Below are positions 1 to 8,368 of a DNA stretch of 64,000 nucleotides, in pieces. The notes beneath the pieces are model-generated. The model ran no database searches. It was not told where the DNA came from and worked only from the letters and a program-made list of their open reading frames with translations. The position numbers and the translations under genes are program-made. Origin of the DNA: an uncultured Flavobacteriaceae bacterium (GTDB taxonomy: Bacteria; Bacteroidota; Bacteroidia; Flavobacteriales; Flavobacteriaceae); assembly GCA_963709775.1 (NCBI GenBank), contig CAVPXS010000018.1:245067-309066 (forward strand). The letters run 5' to 3'. The stretch's first letter is position 1, and every line of letters starts with the position of its first letter.

Positions 1-194
1 GTACCTTTAAGACTGTCATCGGTAAGGTCCAGACCCAAAGTTTCCAGGATACTTTTTACGTCAACCTGTATGCGCTCAATTTTTTCTTCATCGCTTATAT
101 CAAATGCGTCTTTGCGCATTGGTGTATCTGTGTTGGGGCTTACAAATGCATCTCCCATTTCATCAATAGCCTCGTCTATATTGTCTTTTTTCAT
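1..194 (-). CDS. folE: GTP cyclohydrolase I, N-terminal part (runs off the window edge)
   Basis: Manual translation from ATG at 194: MKKDNIDEAIDEMGDAFVSPNTDTPMRKDAFDISDEEKIERIQVDVKSILETLGLDLTDDSLKGT, the typical FolE 'LGLDLTDDSLKGT(P)' segment; not in the ORF track because it is truncated. Confidence 0.9.
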   Translation of the reverse strand, partial: MKKDNIDEAIDEMGDAFVSPNTDTPMRKDAFDISDEEKIERIQVDVKSILETLGLDLTDDSLKG

Positions 195-238
195 AATACG
201 TTATAAGGTACGGTCTAAACACTGTGTATTTAAGCTTG

Positions 239-246
239 CAAAGATA
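239..246 (-). promoter_or_regulatory. Bacteroidota -7 promoter element (TATCTTTG) for folE
   Basis: Exact TAnnTTTG match on the minus strand, 45 nt upstream of the folE ATG. Confidence 0.65.
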
Positions 247-309
247 CATATTTAAACCCTTTTCTGGTAATATGTAGCAGCAAGTTCGATTGCTAAAAGG
301 TCCTGAATT

Positions 310-334
310 AAAAAAACAGCCCGAGGGCTGTTTT
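310..334 (-). terminator. Intrinsic terminator after the FadL-like gene
   Basis: AAAACAGCCC-GA-GGGCTGTTTT hairpin followed by a T run on the minus strand. Confidence 0.8.
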
Positions 335-353
335 AAATTTTATAAGTAAGGTT

Positions 354-1871
354 TTATAACCCAAAACTCAGCGAAAGCACATAATTAGAATTTTCTCTTG
401 AAATTCTATAGCGATCTGTTAATCCCGTTTGATATAATTGAGGATTGTTTTCACGTGAAGAATGATCGTATGCCAGATCAATTTTTATATTTCCGAAATT
501 ATACCCCAGTCCTGCGGAATAACCTTCAAGATCACCTACTGTAAACCCATTGCTGTAAGGGCTCTCCTCAAACCTGTAACCGCCTCTAAGGCTCCAGTTC
601 TCAATCCTGTATTCTCCTCCAACTCTAAAAGTTGACGCTCCCTTTAATTCATTCGAAATAAGATCATTTTGAGACCTGAAGGCAGGATCATCTGTAGGTT
701 TAAATTTCGTGGTGGAATAATCCTTATATGTGTAGTCAAAGCTTATAAGGGCTGCTGAGCCAAAGAGATAAGCTAAACTTCCTGTATAACCGGCGGGCGT
801 TTGCAACTTGTAATCTGGATAAATGTTCACAACATTTGGATCAACAATAGCCTCCCCCAATTCCAGGCTGTAAGTTTCAAGGTACTGAGTGGTTTCTTCA
901 GAAATATTATACCATGTTGGAGATTCATAAGCTATCCCGGCTCTTACATTTTCACCAACTTTTGCCAGTGCACCCAATTGAAAACTAAATCCGCTTCCCA
1001 GGGTGCTAAGCCGGTCCTCAAAAAGTATTTCATTTATTTCACTTCCGGTGTTATTATTCACTTCAAAAAAGGAAGTCATTCTTTCATAATTAATGAAATG
1101 ACTATTCAAATTAAGTCCCAGGTAAAGAAAATCCTGATATTGTGTTGCAAAGTTAAAGGAGAACTTTCCATTTAAACCGGTAGCAGCATAGGCATATTCC
1201 TGGTCGAAACTTCCTGCTGCAACATTAGAAGTGTAGGGAGCAAAAGGGCTGCTCGCGTTATCGGGTTCGTAATCAAATAAGTAACCCTGATACCCCAAAA
1301 ATGCCTGCTGGGCTGCAAATCCTTCTCTTTCTCCAAGATCGGCATAAACGCCTGCTATAGTTTCATTTCTGGTTAAATCTACTTCAAGTAAGTCTACAGG
1401 AATTCCTTGTGTGAATTCTAGAAAGTAGTTATTGATGGAACGCGTGTTAGTTCCAAAAGCTAAAAAATCATCCTCATAGCTGGATGATTTATTGTAATTA
1501 AAGCCAAGGCTAAATTTCTTCCAGTCTGCATTTTCATCAAAATTGTTGAATACAAAAACTGCCCCTGCCTGTCCTAGATCGGTATTTGAGTTAGAGTTAC
1601 TATTGAAACCGTTCATGAAGCTCACTTCATTGCTGCTGTTCTCGACATTTAAGCTAAGAGTTGCAGAGCTGTTAAGAAATACAGCCGAGCCGGCGGGATT
1701 AACGTTTAGAGAAGAAAGATCTCCTCCCAATGCCCCAAATGCTCCACTCATTGCACGGTAACGTGCTGTTCCATTAAGGTCTGTGCCGGAATACCTTACG
1801 GCATCTGTAATATTTTGTGCCTCTACAGACATAGAAATTATGGCTGTAAAGGCAAAAATCAATTTTTTCAT
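354..1871 (-). CDS. OmpP1/FadL-family outer-membrane beta-barrel protein
   Basis: Signal peptide; N-terminal GTARYRAMSGAFGALGGD...NPAG motif typical of Bacteroidota FadL-like OMPs; alternating beta-strand pattern; C-terminal SLSFGL. Confidence 0.8.
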   Translation of the reverse strand: MKKLIFAFTAIISMSVEAQNITDAVRYSGTDLNGTARYRAMSGAFGALGGDLSSLNVNPAGSAVFLNSSATLSLNVENSSNEVSFMNGFNSNSNSNTDLGQAGAVFVFNNFDENADWKKFSLGFNYNKSSSYEDDFLAFGTNTRSINNYFLEFTQGIPVDLLEVDLTRNETIAGVYADLGEREGFAAQQAFLGYQGYLFDYEPDNASSPFAPYTSNVAAGSFDQEYAYAATGLNGKFSFNFATQYQDFLYLGLNLNSHFINYERMTSFFEVNNNTGSEINEILFEDRLSTLGSGFSFQLGALAKVGENVRAGIAYESPTWYNISEETTQYLETYSLELGEAIVDPNVVNIYPDYKLQTPAGYTGSLAYLFGSAALISFDYTYKDYSTTKFKPTDDPAFRSQNDLISNELKGASTFRVGGEYRIENWSLRGGYRFEESPYSNGFTVGDLEGYSAGLGYNFGNIKIDLAYDHSSRENNPQLYQTGLTDRYRISRENSNYVLSLSFGL

Positions 1872-1891
1872 TTATAAATTTTTAGTCTAGA

Positions 1892-2944
1892 CTATTTTCC
1901 ACCTCTTCCACGGCTGGACCTGCTGGAAGATGAACCGCTACCCGAAGACGAAGATCTCGTATTCGATGATGAGGATCTATAGGAACTATTGTTGCTCCTT
2001 GAAGAACGACTCGATCTTGCTTCCGGTCTCGAGTTTGAAGATGAATTGCTCCTTACAGCAGGTGACGATCTTCTTTGAGAAGAACTTCTGTAGGTATCAT
2101 TTGTTCTTGTCGAAGAGGACCTAACCCTGGTTGAGCGGGTTTGATAGGTTCTATTATCATTAACCCTTGTTCCTGCAGCTCTAACATTTCTGGTGTTTGA
2201 ATATCCCTGTATTCTGGAAATTCTACTTTCAGAATTAGCTTGTGTGTCGCGATAACTGTTTGAATAGCTGTCTCTGCGACCAGTACTATATGCTACGTCA
2301 CGTTTGTTGTAATATGGATAATTGTTATAATATCCTCCGTAAGGATAGTAAGGGTAGAATCCGTGACCGTGACCGTAGCCGTAATAACCGCCCCAGCCAA
2401 ATCCCCAGCCAATGCTGAATCTCCAGCCGCTGTAAGCATAGGGGTAACCGTAGCCATACCCGTAGTAGGGATATGATGGACCCCAGAAAGGATCATAAAA
2501 TGATCCGTAATAAGGGTAACCGTACCCATAGCCGTAACCGTAATGGTAAGGATTGTAGTTGTTGTAGATATTTATTGCGATCTCATCTGGATCTGTTCCC
2601 CATGCAGCTCTGCCGGGTTCATATTCCATGCCCTCTGCTCCAAACATGTTTTCATCATACTGGCCAGAGGAATAGGATTCGACATCCGTAAAAATAGCTC
2701 CTTCTTGAGAAACAACTCCAAATTGCTCGGCTTTTTCTCCAAAGAGATTTTTATAATAAAGGGCGTCTTCATAAGATTCCTCGTAATCATTAGCAGTATA
2801 AGCCTCGCCGCTTTGTGAGGAACTGTAAATTCCATCATTTTCATACCCGGCATACTGGTAAGAACTACAGGAAGCTAATAAAAACAGAGAGCCCAATGCA
2901 GGAAGCAGGCTTCTCACGTTTAAAAGCTTGTAGTATCGTTTCAT
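1892..2944 (-). CDS. Hypothetical lipoprotein with a Gly/Tyr-rich middle and a Ser/Arg-rich disordered tail
   Basis: Start chosen at MKRYYK (ATG 2944, downstream of the TAnnTTTG at 2966-2973); lipobox LLASC; strong low-complexity composition. Confidence 0.8.
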   Translation of the reverse strand: MKRYYKLLNVRSLLPALGSLFLLASCSSYQYAGYENDGIYSSSQSGEAYTANDYEESYEDALYYKNLFGEKAEQFGVVSQEGAIFTDVESYSSGQYDENMFGAEGMEYEPGRAAWGTDPDEIAINIYNNYNPYHYGYGYGYGYPYYGSFYDPFWGPSYPYYGYGYGYPYAYSGWRFSIGWGFGWGGYYGYGHGHGFYPYYPYGGYYNNYPYYNKRDVAYSTGRRDSYSNSYRDTQANSESRISRIQGYSNTRNVRAAGTRVNDNRTYQTRSTRVRSSSTRTNDTYRSSSQRRSSPAVRSNSSSNSRPEARSSRSSRSNNSSYRSSSSNTRSSSSGSGSSSSRSSRGRGGK

Positions 2945-2965
2945 GGCGTTGAATTTATTATTGAA

Positions 2966-2973
2966 CAAAGATA
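2966..2973 (-). promoter_or_regulatory. -7 element (TATCTTTG) for the lipoprotein/FadL-like operon
   Basis: Exact TAnnTTTG on the minus strand, 22 nt before the ATG at 2944. Confidence 0.65.
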
Positions 2974-2981
2974 AAAATAGT

Positions 2982-2989
2982 TAGTTTTG
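2982..2989 (+). promoter_or_regulatory. -7 element (TAGTTTTG) for proS, back to back with the divergent promoter
   Basis: Exact TAnnTTTG on the plus strand upstream of proS. Confidence 0.6.
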
Positions 2990-3041
2990 CACTAACTTTA
3001 TTTCATTAACAAGGTGCAAGATTTGTGCCAAAAGACTGGAG

Positions 3042-4520
3042 ATGGCAAAGAACCTCACTACAAGAAAAGAAGATTATTCGAAATGGTATAACGAACTGGT
3101 AGTAAAAGCCGATTTGGCTGAAAATTCGGCCGTTAGGGGCTGTATGGTGATAAAACCGTACGGTTATGCTATTTGGGAAAAAATGCAGGCGCAGCTTGAT
3201 AAAATGTTTAAAGAGACCGGTCATCAAAATGCTTATTTTCCGCTGTTTGTTCCTAAAAGTCTTTTTGAGGCTGAAGAAAAGAATGCTGAAGGTTTTGCAA
3301 AAGAATGTGCTATTGTCACTCACTACAGGCTAAAGACCGATCCGGACAATGCTGGTAAGTTAATAGTAGATCCTGAAGCTAAACTGGAGGAGGAGCTTGT
3401 TGTTCGGCCAACTTCTGAAGCAATTATCTGGAACACCTATAAAGGCTGGGTTCAGTCTTACAGGGATTTGCCTATCTTAATCAATCAATGGGCAAATGTG
3501 GTGCGCTGGGAGATGCGTACGCGCCTCTTTCTACGTACTGCGGAATTTCTTTGGCAGGAAGGGCATACTGCCCATGCTACAAAAGCTGAGGCTATAGCCG
3601 AAACTGAGCAAATGAATAATGTCTATGCTGAGTTTGCCGAAAGTTTTATGGCAATGCCGGTGATTAAAGGGAGAAAGACCGAAAGTGAAAGATTCGCAGG
3701 TGCCGTAGATACATATTGTATTGAAGCCATGATGCAGGACGGTAAAGCTTTGCAGGCGGGAACTTCTCACTTTTTAGGCCAAAACTTTGCAAAGGCTTTC
3801 GATGTAAAATTCGCAAGTAAAGAAGGTAATCTTGAGCATGTATGGGCAACTTCCTGGGGTGTTTCTACCAGATTGATGGGAGCTCTTATTATGACGCACA
3901 GTGATGACAACGGACTCGTTTTGCCTCCAAATCTTGCACCTGTTCAAGTAGTGATAGTGCCAATTTATAAGGGAGAAGAGCAGTTGGATCAAATTTCTGA
4001 AGTAGCCAACAAACTTGCTTCCGATCTTAGGGCGCAAGGGATATCGGTTAAATATGACGATCGCGATACTCAAAAACCCGGCTGGAAATTTGCCCAGTAC
4101 GAACTACAGGGGGTGCCGGTAAGGATAGCCATTGGTCCCAAAGATCTTGAGAAAGGTTCTGTGGAACTGGCAAGAAGAGATACATTGAAAAAAGAATTCA
4201 TCGCTCAGGAGGATGTGGTGAGCAAAGTGAAAGGTTTGATGACTGAAATTCAGGAGAATCTGCATCAAAGAGCCAGAACCTTTAGAGATGAGCATATCAC
4301 ACCGGTAGAAGATTTTGAGGAATTCAAAAAGGTGCTTAAAGAAAAAGGCGGATTCATTTCTGCTCATTGGGATGGTACTGCCGAGACTGAAAATAGAATA
4401 AAAGAATTGACCAAAGCCACTATTCGCCTTATTCCGTTTGATGGAGAGAAGGAGGAGGGGACCTGTGTTTACACGGGGAAACCGTCTGTAGGGAGAGTTC
4501 TATTTGCGAAAGCTTATTAA
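3042..4520 (+). CDS. proS: Proline--tRNA ligase (archaeal/eukaryal type)
   Basis: [38 protein letters not shown] motifs and C-terminal AKAY. Confidence 0.97.
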   Translation: MAKNLTTRKEDYSKWYNELVVKADLAENSAVRGCMVIKPYGYAIWEKMQAQLDKMFKETGHQNAYFPLFVPKSLFEAEEKNAEGFAKECAIVTHYRLKTDPDNAGKLIVDPEAKLEEELVVRPTSEAIIWNTYKGWVQSYRDLPILINQWANVVRWEMRTRLFLRTAEFLWQEGHTAHATKAEAIAETEQMNNVYAEFAESFMAMPVIKGRKTESERFAGAVDTYCIEAMMQDGKALQAGTSHFLGQNFAKAFDVKFASKEGNLEHVWATSWGVSTRLMGALIMTHSDDNGLVLPPNLAPVQVVIVPIYKGEEQLDQISEVANKLASDLRAQGISVKYDDRDTQKPGWKFAQYELQGVPVRIAIGPKDLEKGSVELARRDTLKKEFIAQEDVVSKVKGLMTEIQENLHQRARTFRDEHITPVEDFEEFKKVLKEKGGFISAHWDGTAETENRIKELTKATIRLIPFDGEKEEGTCVYTGKPSVGRVLFAKAY

Positions 4521-4566
4521 TTTTCAAAAAATTTTCCTGAACATTTGCGGCATTGAAAAATAGTTG

Positions 4567-4574
4567 TATTTTTG
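4567..4574 (+). promoter_or_regulatory. -7 element (TATTTTTG) for the tRNA-Glu/tRNA-Glu/rpsT unit
   Basis: TAnnTTTG with an upstream TTTG at about 4544, matching the -33/-7 layout. Confidence 0.7.
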
Positions 4575-4595
4575 CATCCGCATTTGAAAATAAAT

Positions 4596-4667
4596 GGTCC
4601 GTTCGTCTAGGGGTTAGGACGCCAGGTTTTCATCCTGGTAACAGGGGTTCGATTCCCCTACGGACTA
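4596..4667 (+). tRNA. tRNA-Glu (anticodon TTC), copy 1
   Basis: Acceptor stem GGTCCGT/ACGGACT, anticodon arm CCAGG-TTTTCAT-CCTGG, T-loop GGTTCGATTCC; CCA not encoded. Confidence 0.97.
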
Positions 4668-4712
4668 CAAAGGTTTACAAGTCGTGTAAACCAGCTTTGA
4701 AATAATAATAAT

Positions 4713-4784
4713 GGTCCGTTCGTCTAGGGGTTAGGACGCCAGGTTTTCATCCTGGTAACAGGGGTTCGATTCCCCTACGGACTA
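4713..4784 (+). tRNA. tRNA-Glu (anticodon TTC), copy 2, identical to copy 1
   Basis: 72-nt sequence identical to 4596-4667. Confidence 0.97.
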
Positions 4785-4814
4785 CTGAGAAAGAATTAAT
4801 TTAATAACAGTGTA

Positions 4815-5063
4815 ATGGCAAATCATAAGTCATCGTTAAAGAGAATACGTAGCAACGAGACAAAGCGTCTTAGAAACCGCTACCAGCATAAAACTACAAG
4901 GAATGCCATCAAGAAGTTACGTGATGCAGAGAAAGAAGAGGCAGAGACTTTATATCCTACTGTAGCTTCTATGATTGACAAATTAGCGAAGAAGAATATC
5001 ATTCATGATAATAAAGCCGCTAACCTTAAGTCAAAGTTGGCTAAGCACGTTGCTGCGCTTTAA
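4815..5063 (+). CDS. rpsT: 30S ribosomal protein S20
   Basis: [15 protein letters not shown]...[22 protein letters not shown]. Confidence 0.97.
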   Translation: MANHKSSLKRIRSNETKRLRNRYQHKTTRNAIKKLRDAEKEEAETLYPTVASMIDKLAKKNIIHDNKAANLKSKLAKHVAAL

Positions 5064-5088
5064 TTAAGATAGTGTTCAATTTATAAAG

Positions 5089-5122
5089 AATGCCTTTCGT
5101 TTAAAAACGAGAGGCATTTTTT
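5089..5122 (+). terminator. Intrinsic terminator after rpsT
   Basis: AATGCCTTTCGTTT/AAACGAGAGGCATT stem followed by a T run. Confidence 0.75.
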
Positions 5123-5178
5123 CGTTCTAAATATTAAGAAGTACCTCGCAGTGAAAGCTGCGGGGTTTTGTGATTTTA

Positions 5179-5461
5179 ACCACCCCGTCCGCTACCGCGG
5201 ACACCCCTCCTTAAAATAAGGAGGGGAGCCTTTGGTCTGTTTTACGACCTCTTGGAGGTCGTCGTCCGCTGGCGGACAGATCTGTCTCCGGACTTGTATT
5301 CTGCAATTACTAATTGCGCCCCTCCTTCTTGAGGAGGAATGTCCGCCACCGGCGAATGGGGAGGTGCTCGTTCTTTTCGATTCTTCTTTAGAACCGCCTT
5401 TTAGCACCCCTCCTCGTTGAGGAGGGGTGTCCGCTATAAGCGGACGGGGTGGTGCTCGTTC
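5179..5461. repeat. Cluster of three REP-like double-hairpin repeats (5179-5228 forward; 5317-5373 and 5404-5461 reverse)
   Basis: Shared ACCACCCCG-[hairpin]-CACCCCTCC-[loop]-GGAGGGG architecture; another copy at 62383. Confidence 0.8.
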
Positions 5462-5489
5462 CCACAATTTTTCTCTTAAACCGTAAGAC

Positions 5490-5525
5490 AAAAAAAATCC
5501 GGAGCATCAAAGATGTCCGGATTTT
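5490..5525 (-). terminator. Intrinsic terminator after rho
   Basis: AAAATCCGGACATC/GATGCTCCGGATTTT stem with a T run on the minus strand. Confidence 0.75.
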
Positions 5526-5548
5526 ATCATTTTTGGAAGGTATGTTCC

Positions 5549-7319
5549 TTATCCGTTCATGGAGATCAGGAATTCCTCGTTGTTCTTAGTTTGTTTGATC
5601 CTGTCATTGATGAATTCCATCGCTTCAACAGGATTCATGTCTGCAAGATATTTGCGCATCACCCACATTCTCTGTAGCGTAGTTTCGTCAAGAAGGATAT
5701 CATCTCTACGGGTGCTGGAAGAAGTAAGGTCAATCGCAGGGAAGATCCTTCTGTTGGCAATTTTTCTATCCAACTGAAGTTCCATGTTACCTGTACCTTT
5801 AAATTCCTCAAAGATCACCTCATCCATTTTTGAGCCGGTTTCGGTAAGAGCTGTAGCGATTATTGAAAGAGATCCACCTCCTTCAATATTACGGGCAGCA
5901 CCAAAGAATCTTTTAGGCTTGTGTAGTGCATTGGCATCCACCCCACCGGAAAGTACTTTTCCACTGGCAGGTTGTACCGTATTGTAAGCTCTGGCTAAAC
6001 GCGTGATGGAATCCAGAAGGATCACTACGTCATGTCCACACTCTACCATGCGTTTTGCTTTTTCAAGCACTATGTTTGCAACGCGTACATGTTCATGAGC
6101 TTCTTTGTCAAAAGTTGAAGCGATCACTTCTCCTCTTACATTACGCTGCATGTCGGTCACCTCTTCAGGACGTTCGTCAATTAGAAGGATGATCTGGTAT
6201 ACTTCAGGATGGTTTGCCGCTATCGCATTGGCAATATCCTTAAGTAGCATCGTCTTACCTGTTTTTGGTTGAGAAACTATCATTCCTCTTTGTCCTTTTC
6301 CAATAGGAGAGAACATATCTATTACCCTTGTTGAAACAGTGCTCTGTCTTTCGGCAATATTAAATTTTTCCTGTGGGAATAGTGGAGTAAGGTGTTCAAA
6401 TGAAACCCTGTCCCGCACTACCTGTGGAGCAAGACCGTTGATTTTATTGATCTTGATAAGCGGGAAATACTTTTCTCCCTCTTTTGGAGGTCTTACCTGG
6501 CCAAGAACTGTATCTCCGGTTTTTAAACCGAATAATCTTATCTGTGACTGGGAAACGTAAATATCATCTGGAGAAGAGAGATACATGTAGTCTGATGATC
6601 TAAGGAAGCCGTAGCCGTCCTGCATGATATCAAGTACTCCTTCGCTTTCTATGATCGCGTCAAATTCGTAGTCGGGTTCTTTATAGCGGTTTCGGTTATC
6701 ACGGTTTCCGGAATCTCTGTTCCCGCTGTCGCGATTGTCCCTGTTGCCGTTATTGTCGCGGTTCCCGCTGTCACGATTGTTGTCGCGACTGTTATCACGA
6801 TTTCCCTGGTTCCGGTTATCTCGTGGTATCCTTTTGACGGGAATCCTTGCGGTTGTCTTTTTGTTGATTTCGGGGAGAAGAATCTTTAGAAGATTGTTGT
6901 CTTGAAGAATCTTCTTTTTTCCCTTTTTGCTCATTCCTGTTGTCGGAAGAAGCTTTTGTTTCCTGAGGCTGCTCTTTTTTCCCTTCAGATTTCCCTTCAG
7001 ATTTTCCTCCGGAAGTTTCTGATTTTTTATCAGAAGACTTTCGCTGGTCTCCGGAGCTTTTTGGAGTGTTGGATTTCTCTTTTCTGGGACGGGTTTTTCG
7101 CTGATTCCTTCCGGAGTTTTGATCTTCCTGAGGCTGTGGTTTTTCCTCTTCGTCTGTCAGTGCCTCCTGAACTTTTTTCGGATTTGCCGCCTGGTAGTCG
7201 AGAATTTGGTATACCAGGTCAAGCTTCTTTTGCGTGCGGTACTTTGGAACCCGTAGCGTTTTGGCTATTTCCTGAAGTTCAGGCAGCTTTTTAGCCTTTA
7301 ATTCTGAAATTTCAAACAT
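5549..7319 (-). CDS. rho: Transcription termination factor Rho with a long disordered N-terminal insertion; one extra base near 6825 splits it into two ORFs (about 589 aa when corrected)
   Basis: Rho_N start [20 protein letters not shown] in 6816-7319; RNA-binding (GYGFLR) and ATPase ([23 protein letters not shown]) parts in 5549-6934. Confidence 0.95.
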
Positions 7320-7485
7320 GAATGTTCTTAAATAAAATTGGTCTTTGGTTTAACTAACCTTCTCGAGGAAGAATCGAAAAAATTTTTGGAGTCTAAGTAA
7401 CCTTTATTGAATTGGTTACGAATCGATACTGCAATTATACGACATTATTTTCAGATTATAAATATGGTTTCTAAAAAGAATCTGT

Positions 7486-7493
7486 TATTTTTG
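7486..7493 (+). promoter_or_regulatory. -7 element (TATTTTTG) for the DUF4293-like gene
   Basis: Exact TAnnTTTG 19 nt upstream of the ATG at 7512. Confidence 0.6.
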
Positions 7494-7511
7494 TGCCTCT
7501 ATTGAAGAGAA

Positions 7512-7922
7512 ATGCTACAAAGAATTCAGACTGTTTACTTATTAATTGCGGCTATTTTTAGTGCCGGTTTTGTCTTTATTTTTAAGCTGTGGAATGACCA
7601 GACAGGTAATGCGGTGTATATAGAAGATGTTTACACTGCTCTAGGTTTAACCTTAGTTTCGGCTTTGATCTCAATAGTTACGATCTTTTTGTTTAGGAAT
7701 AGAAAGCTTCAGTTTGTGCTGGGGCGTATCAATATCTTATTAAACTTAATTTTACTAGGATTATTTGTCTATTGGTCCCTAACTATATCTGGAGAAACTT
7801 CGGTTTCAGAGAAAGGTATTGGGATGCTGACTCCTGTATTTTCTATCGTTTTTTTAGTGCTGGCCAATAAGGCTATAAAAAAGGATGAAGATCTTGTAAA
7901 ATCTGTGGACCGGTTGCGATAA
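7512..7922 (+). CDS. DUF4293-family membrane protein
   Basis: MLQRIQTVYLL start, four hydrophobic segments, C-terminal AIKKDEDLVKSVDRLR, the usual gene divergent from rho in Bacteroidota. Confidence 0.8.
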   Translation: MLQRIQTVYLLIAAIFSAGFVFIFKLWNDQTGNAVYIEDVYTALGLTLVSALISIVTIFLFRNRKLQFVLGRINILLNLILLGLFVYWSLTISGETSVSEKGIGMLTPVFSIVFLVLANKAIKKDEDLVKSVDRLR

Positions 7923-7950
7923 ACCTTTTATCTTAGTAGTATTAGTGCGT

Positions 7951-7981
7951 AAAAACCCGAAGTGAAAGCTTCGGGTTTTTT
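7951..7981 (+). terminator. Intrinsic (probably bidirectional) terminator
   Basis: AAAAACCCGAAG-TGAAAG-CTTCGGGTTTTT perfect 12-bp stem. Confidence 0.85.
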
Positions 7982-8040
7982 AGTTCAAGGTTCGAAGTTG
8001 TTTAAAGTTCAAGGTTCCAGTTTGCAGAGGTGTTTGAATG

Positions 8041-8160
8041 TTGTCATCTCGACAGAGTTTTCTGAACGGAAGTGAAGAAAACGACGAGAGATCTCAACAG
8101 GTTTTCTACAAGGGTTGGGCAGATTTCTCAGTCACTGAAAAGGCTCCTTCGAAATGACAA
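8041..8160. repeat. Inverted doublet of a second REP-like family (GTCAT(C/T)TCGA...GAGA(G/A)ATCT)
   Basis: Outer TTGTCATCTCGA (8041-8052) pairs with TCGAAATGACAA (8149-8160); inner GAGAGATCT (8086-8094) pairs with AGATTTCTC (8121-8129). Confidence 0.7.
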
Positions 8161-8368
8161 TTCATTTTTAGCCACTGATCCTGGTCTTAGTTGTATATTG
8201 AAAAATTGAAATTTTTTCTTTCCTAATGAACATCCAGAAAAGATCAATGTTTAGTGAAAAAAACTCGTACTTCTAACTTCGTAAATCTAACTTCAATTTT
8301 ACTGCCTACTTAAGCCTGCGCACTGCCAACTTCAAAACCTCTGACCACTGGATACTGAATACTGAACA

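Noticed and set aside
4596-4784. Duplicated tRNA as an attL/attR pair of an integrated element
   Set aside because: Both copies are full length, only 45 bp apart, and there is no integrase or cargo
5192-5491. ORFs 5192-5491(-) and 5232-5420(+) in the rpsT-rho gap
   Set aside because: They run across GC-rich palindromic repeats between two terminators and show no recognisable protein features; the open frames are a by-product of the repeats
7320-7430. C-rich rut site in the rho leader (autoregulation)
   Set aside because: A manual count on the sense strand for 7321-7430 gave 19 C and 14 G, too weak a skew to support the call
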